Position numbers and translations under genes: made by a program
In this document: piece after piece, positions 59,654 through 64,000 of the stretch
Layout: each line of letters starts with the position of its first letter
How positions within the stretch are numbered: the stretch's first letter is position 1
Source: Planctomycetota bacterium
GTDB lineage: Bacteria; Planctomycetota; PLA2; JAEUHO01
DNA: 64,000 bases
Assembly (NCBI GenBank): GCA_050248855.1
Contig: JBFWRP010000013.1
Location: forward strand, 49,797-113,796
Reading direction: 5' to 3'
Notes under the pieces: model-generated
Seen by the model: only the letters and a program-made list of their open reading frames with translations
Told to the model about the DNA's origin: nothing
Database searches by the model: none

Positions 59654-60085
59654 TCAGTCCCGCTGGCGTCCTACCCACCACCAGACTCCGCTTGCAGCCA
59701 ACACCGCGGCGCCGACCCACCAGGGCACGGTGACGACCGAGCCGAGGCGCCGCATGCGCTCGACGATGTGGGGCGCGCGCCGAAGAGCAGGTTCCACGAC
59801 GAGCGCGTAGTAGAGGCTCAAGATGCCGATCCCGGCCATCACGAGTGACATCCACTCGCTGGATCGCAGCCGCCGGCTCGCGAGATGATCGAGCGCCCAG
59901 GCGAGCCCGGCTGTCAACAGCGCGCCGCCGAGAAGCTGCGGCCACAGCACGTCCAAGGCGTCGTACGCCACGGCGAGCAGCCCGATGAGCCAACCGAAGC
60001 AGCCGACCCACACGCCGATGCCGCGGCCACGGCGGCCCTCGCGGCCCTCGTAGGCGCTGGAGGACTTCGTGTCCTGCGAATCCAT
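59654..60085 (-). CDS. Hypothetical four-TM membrane protein
   Basis: Four hydrophobic segments. GGAG lies before ATG 60085. Confidence 0.65.
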   Translation of the reverse strand: MDSQDTKSSSAYEGREGRRGRGIGVWVGCFGWLIGLLAVAYDALDVLWPQLLGGALLTAGLAWALDHLASRRLRSSEWMSLVMAGIGILSLYYALVVEPALRRAPHIVERMRRLGSVVTVPWWVGAAVLAASGVWWWVGRQRD

Positions 60086-60112
60086 GGCCGCTCCGAGCGA
60101 CATCGTACACGC

Positions 60113-61882
60113 CTACCGAACCGGCGGGTCGACCACGACGCGTCGCGCCGCCTCCTCGGTGGTTTCGAACGTCGGGTCGTCCTCGGTCGGCGCGATCGGA
60201 TCCTCCGACGGCTCCCAGTCGAAGCCCGGATCGTAGCGATGCGCGATCACGCGAAACGGCTGCTCGCCGTAGAGATCGCGCTCGGGATCCACGTACTCGC
60301 CCTGGTCGGCGTAGGGGCCGTACGCCTGGCGGTTGGCGAGGTCGTCAGCCGCCCAGTCCGGGTTGCGCGGGTCCGTGCCGTTGAACACGATGCCTTCCGG
60401 ACCCGGCGGCACGAACGGGTTGCGCAGGAACGCCTCCACCTGGCTGGCCACGGCCGAGCGATCGAAGTAGCGCGCATTGGACATGGGGACGATGCCGAGC
60501 CGCCCGACGCTCGGGTCCAGCCCGTCGGGGTAGATCACCAAACGGGTCGCCGTGTCCTGTTGGCCACCGTTGTGCGCCGCGATGCGCTCACCGCTCTTGA
60601 CGCCCACCCCGATCCCGAAGGCATAGCCCTCGGTCAGCGTGCCCGGGAGGCCCTGCGCCGCATTGGCCTGGGGCGTCAGGTACAGGTCCATGCCCGACGT
60701 GTCGAGGAAGCGGTTGTTCAGCAGGCCCTCGGCGAACAGCGCCATGTCCGCCACGGTCGAGATGAAGCCGCCCGAGGGCAGCTTCCAGCTGACGTCGTCG
60801 GGCGTCGTGTTCAGGAAGATCTCGCCCGTGTCCTCGTCCTGGCTGTAGCCGTGGGCCCGATCCTGGGCCGTGAACCACGGCGCACCTGCGTACAGGGGAT
60901 CGTTCGTGTCGTCGGGATGGAGGTACAGCATCGGCGACGGGTGCGTCATGTCCGCGATGCGCGCCTTGACGTAGCTCCAGTACGTTCCGGGAACGGCCCA
61001 GTCCAGCGCCGCCCCCGCCATGTTGAAGCCGTACGACGAGTAGTTGCCTTCGGTCCCCGGCAGGTACACGAGCGGCAAGCCCGTCCAGTGGTCCACGGCC
61101 CAGACGAACCCGGCGTTCGCCGCCCGCTCGGCCGCCGACGGCGATCCACTCGGGTCGGCCGGATCGCCGTCCCCGTAGTGCATGACGCCGCAGCGATTGG
61201 CGAGCAAGCGGCGTGGCGTGAAGGCATACATGTCGTCCGTCGACGGCACGGACTCGATCGCCAGCGGCCACGGCACCGGGTTGTCGGCCGAAGGATCGAA
61301 CCAGTCCGGGTAGTACGTGTCCGGGATCTGGTACGCGCAGATCTCGGTCGTGCAGCGATAGTTCCCCTGCAAGTTGGCGTCCAGGTCGAAGTAGGGAACG
61401 CCCTGCGGATCCTCCTCCAAGCTCGCGATGACCGACGCCAGGCCGGTGATGCACTTGGACACCGACGCCCAGCGGAAGCGCGTCCGCTGACCCCGCACCG
61501 GTACGTCGTCCCCCGTGCCGGGCGTGCCCCATCCGCGCGCCAGGCCGTAGCCCTTGACGTAGGCGAGGTTCCCCTGCCAGACGATGCCCAAGCCCACGCC
61601 GGGGATGTCGTTCTCGCACATGTACTCGCGGATGTAGGTGTCGATCTTCGTCGTCATCTTGATGGGCGGGCTGAAGGGGCCCTCGTCATGACGAAGCTGG
61701 TCGAAGGCGCCGCCGATTTGCAGGTACGCCTGCTCGTCGGTCTCGTGCACTACGCCGAGCCCTCCCTGGCACCCCGCCGTGAGCGGGGGCATCCCGTCGG
61801 GCGGATTGAACTGGGCACCCCCGCCGCAGCCCGTGAAGGCGAGAAGAAGGACGCCGGCCAGAAGCCCATTCGATCGACGCAT
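60113..61882 (-). CDS. Serine hydrolase (class C beta-lactamase-like/PBP family) lipoprotein
   Basis: AAGGGAG RBS, lipobox FTGC, FRWASVSK (SxxK), NYSSYGF, PSGGFISTVADMA and AHNGGQ. Confidence 0.9.
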   Translation of the reverse strand: MRRSNGLLAGVLLLAFTGCGGGAQFNPPDGMPPLTAGCQGGLGVVHETDEQAYLQIGGAFDQLRHDEGPFSPPIKMTTKIDTYIREYMCENDIPGVGLGIVWQGNLAYVKGYGLARGWGTPGTGDDVPVRGQRTRFRWASVSKCITGLASVIASLEEDPQGVPYFDLDANLQGNYRCTTEICAYQIPDTYYPDWFDPSADNPVPWPLAIESVPSTDDMYAFTPRRLLANRCGVMHYGDGDPADPSGSPSAAERAANAGFVWAVDHWTGLPLVYLPGTEGNYSSYGFNMAGAALDWAVPGTYWSYVKARIADMTHPSPMLYLHPDDTNDPLYAGAPWFTAQDRAHGYSQDEDTGEIFLNTTPDDVSWKLPSGGFISTVADMALFAEGLLNNRFLDTSGMDLYLTPQANAAQGLPGTLTEGYAFGIGVGVKSGERIAAHNGGQQDTATRLVIYPDGLDPSVGRLGIVPMSNARYFDRSAVASQVEAFLRNPFVPPGPEGIVFNGTDPRNPDWAADDLANRQAYGPYADQGEYVDPERDLYGEQPFRVIAHRYDPGFDWEPSEDPIAPTEDDPTFETTEEAARRVVVDPPVR

Positions 61883-62199
61883 GACGGCTCCCTTGTCGAG
61901 CACGGCCGCGTACCCCCACGTCCGGATTGGTGGGCGGCGACTGCAGCGGGGCCGCAGCAGGGCCCACTGAGGGAGAGACGCGCACCGGGGGAGGAGTTGC
62001 CAGCGATTCGGTCGAGGCCCGGGGCGAGCCGCGCGGGAGGTCCCGGTCGCGCCCACGAGCCGACTCCTGTCCCGGAGGCGCCGTCACGCGGCGCTTGGCG
62101 CACTTCGAGGCCACTGGCTCGCGACGTTCACTCCCGCGTTTGTACGCTTGCCTTGCCGCTCGGACCCCGAGTTCCGCTGGCACGACGAGGATCCCGAGA

Positions 62200-62682
62200 A
62201 TGGACGAAGGGCGACTGACCGAGCTGTTTCGTCGCCTGGGCGCACGTGAGCCGGAGTCCTGGGCGCATTCCCAGCTCGCGGAGGGGATCCCTCAGCTCGC
62301 CCGTTACCTGTTCCTGCGACAGGCATGGCGAGACATCGTCAGCGAGGACGACGCCACCTGGATCGATGCGTCCATCTCCGCGTCCCGGCAGTTCCCGGAC
62401 GACCCGTATGCGGGTGTGGGGCATGCGCTTCGACGGCTTCGCTCCCACGGTGCGACCGACAACGACTTGACGGATGTCGTGCGCGGGATGCAGGCCCAGC
62501 TGCTGTTCAACCTCTGCTACTTGCTGGAGGACCCGGGACTCAGCGAAGAGGGCCTCGACGTGGCTTGGGCGTTGTTCCAAACCGACCGCGATGGCCTACC
62601 CATCGCGCAGGTAGGCGGCCTGCATGAGTCCGTGCTGGAAACGGATCCGACAGGGCGGGAGATGCGTCCCAGGCCGAGGTGA
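62200..62682 (+). CDS. Conserved-looking hypothetical protein
   Basis: LTELFRRLGAREPESWAHSQ...GIPQLARYLFLR...GLHESVLETDPTGRE. GAGG lies upstream. Confidence 0.75.
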   Translation: MDEGRLTELFRRLGAREPESWAHSQLAEGIPQLARYLFLRQAWRDIVSEDDATWIDASISASRQFPDDPYAGVGHALRRLRSHGATDNDLTDVVRGMQAQLLFNLCYLLEDPGLSEEGLDVAWALFQTDRDGLPIAQVGGLHESVLETDPTGREMRPRPR

Positions 62683-62720
62683 CGAGCGACGGGGGGCATC
62701 CCGCGTTGGCGATCTTCGAT

Positions 62721-62858
62721 GGGGTACTGAGTGGGGTACTGAGTGCGGGCAACTCTCATGAACTACTGGTCGGGCCCGGCGCATCACGCTGCAGACAGCG
62801 TCTACCCCCAGCATTGATTCATGGGAACTGCCCGCACTCAGTACCCCCTCAGTACCCC
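62721..62858. repeat. Inverted-repeat element family, complete copy C (MITE/REP-like)
   Basis: Arms of about 41 bp, (GGGGTACTGAGT)x2-GCGGGCAACTCTCATGAA and TTCATGGGAACTGCCCGC-ACTCAGTACCCC-CTCAGTACCCC, around an inner hairpin ACGCTG-CAGA-CAGCGT. Confidence 0.92.
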
Positions 62859-62859
62859 C

Positions 62860-63030
62860 AAGGCTGACCACGTGCCCGTCCTCCTCCTTCGCATCGCCCG
62901 CCGTGTGGAACTGCCACCCACCGTCGTCGGCGTCGTGCGTCACGAGCAGGATGGGGGCGCCGTCGATCACAGCCTGCACGGTGATCACCGCGACGTTATG
63001 CGGGTCGTCAAACGGCCTCTTGTCCGTCAC
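62860..63030 (-). pseudogene. Truncated small acidic protein (Imm33/DUF2185-like), cut at the repeat element
   Basis: GTG overlaps the upstream stop. PFDDPHNVAVIT...ILLVTHDADDGGWQF...VVSLG runs directly into element C. The family assignment is from motif recall. Confidence 0.6.
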
Positions 63031-63827
63031 TGGCCCTCCAAGTCTGAGGAGACCGCCCGCACAATTGCGCTCGGGTCGCCGTCGTAGAAGTCGGCACCGC
63101 CGAATGGGTTCAACTCGATCAACTTCAACTCGCCGTCCGCCTCGCATAGGTCCAGTACGAATGCGGCCGCGGGCGCATCCAGTGATGCGGCGACCTCGAC
63201 AGCCAAGGCGTTGACCTCATCGGGGAGCGATCCGCCGGAGCGGGCTCGGCGGCTCTCCTCGTACTCGCAATCTGCGACGACTTGCCCCCGCACGACGACG
63301 AACCGCCACTCCCGTGTGACCAACCGCACCGGGGCGACAATCACGGAGATCGAGAGGTCGTCGAAGTAGAACCCGTGGTCGAGTCTCGTGGGCTCGATCT
63401 CGGCAGCGGGAAGCACGCGCCCCGAGAACGGTTTGAGCGGACTGTCGGGCCGAACGAACACGCAGCCCTCGCCGTCGGTCAACCCGTCTGTTGCGGAGAC
63501 TGGATCGGAACAGAGTTGCTCGGCCGTCATAGCGCGCCACGCCGCGTGCAGGAGCCAGGGCCGGGCTCGCTCGTACCAGGCCGTGCAGTGGAACGCACCG
63601 ACATCGCAGTAGCCGCCGGGACGCCAAGGCAACTCGGCCTGAACGCGGGCTGCGTTCCCCAGTGAGCCGTGGAACACGACTCGCTCGCCCTGCAACTCCG
63701 GCCACCCTCCCGAGGACCACCAATCGTCGTCCCAAGCCACGGCGCTGTGCCCGGCCTCCCGCACGGCAGCCTCCAAGCGCGCGCCGCTCTCCGCGAAGAC
63801 GGACGTTTCAAGGACCCAAGTACCCAA
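63027..63827 (-). CDS. ATP-grasp domain protein (R2K clade / DUF4343-like)
   Basis: VFHGSL, FVRPDSPLKPFSG, EWRFVV, FVLDLC and IELNPF. GGAG RBS before TTG. Confidence 0.85.
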   Translation of the reverse strand: MGTWVLETSVFAESGARLEAAVREAGHSAVAWDDDWWSSGGWPELQGERVVFHGSLGNAARVQAELPWRPGGYCDVGAFHCTAWYERARPWLLHAAWRAMTAEQLCSDPVSATDGLTDGEGCVFVRPDSPLKPFSGRVLPAAEIEPTRLDHGFYFDDLSISVIVAPVRLVTREWRFVVVRGQVVADCEYEESRRARSGGSLPDEVNALAVEVAASLDAPAAAFVLDLCEADGELKLIELNPFGGADFYDGDPSAIVRAVSSDLEGQ

Positions 63828-64000
63828 GCCTCACTCCATCTGTCGAGGGCCCGAAGTGCTGAACCCGCCCCGACTAGGAGTCTGCGCCACAGATCGCGTA
63901 CACGGCGCCACCCCCGTCCTGCGGCGCGGATTCCTGGATTCCAGCTTCGGCGAAGCACGTGAATCGGCTTGAACGCCCCTTCGCTCGGTCGGCGCGGGCT

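Noticed and set aside
60113..61882. Antibiotic-resistance beta-lactamase
   Set aside because: The SxxK fold is shared by esterases and peptidases, and the second motif is YSS rather than YxN. No resistance claim can be supported.
52903..62858. Integron attC cassette array
   Set aside because: No RYYYAAC/GTTRRRY ends, no integrase in the window, several genes per interval and mixed gene orientation.
63875..64000. Possible 3' end of a further minus-strand gene at the right edge
   Set aside because: A short open stretch with no recognisable motif, which is too little to call.

Overview
Very GC-rich bacterial DNA. The gene content (ECF sigma factor next to a Ser/Thr kinase, FGE-sulfatase proteins, carboxypeptidase-regulatory-like repeat proteins, many lipoproteins) suggests a Planctomycetota genome; this is an inference. 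The window holds about 60 tightly packed CDS. I saw no rRNA, tRNA, CRISPR array or transposase. Recognisable genes include ada, a cysteine synthase, a sirtuin (cobB-like), chrA, an ArsR-SRPBCC pair, a sigma54 two-component system with a likely target promoter, the Hen1-Pnkp RNA-repair operon, a Mesh1-like HD hydrolase and an ECF sigma/STK-FGE module. The main finding is at 9838-11028. The ORF track splits it into two redoxin ORFs, but it reads as one secreted protein with two tandem domains and two in-frame TGA codons. Each TGA sits at the Cys position of the conserved PYGCSVKY motif and is followed by a SECIS-like hairpin with the same loop and compensatory stem changes, so it is a candidate two-selenocysteine protein. 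Other findings are three families of structured intergenic repeats (one truncates a gene), a Fur-like box shared by two genes, a 26-aa Cys/Lys mini-protein, widespread leaderless-type promoters and several pseudogenes.
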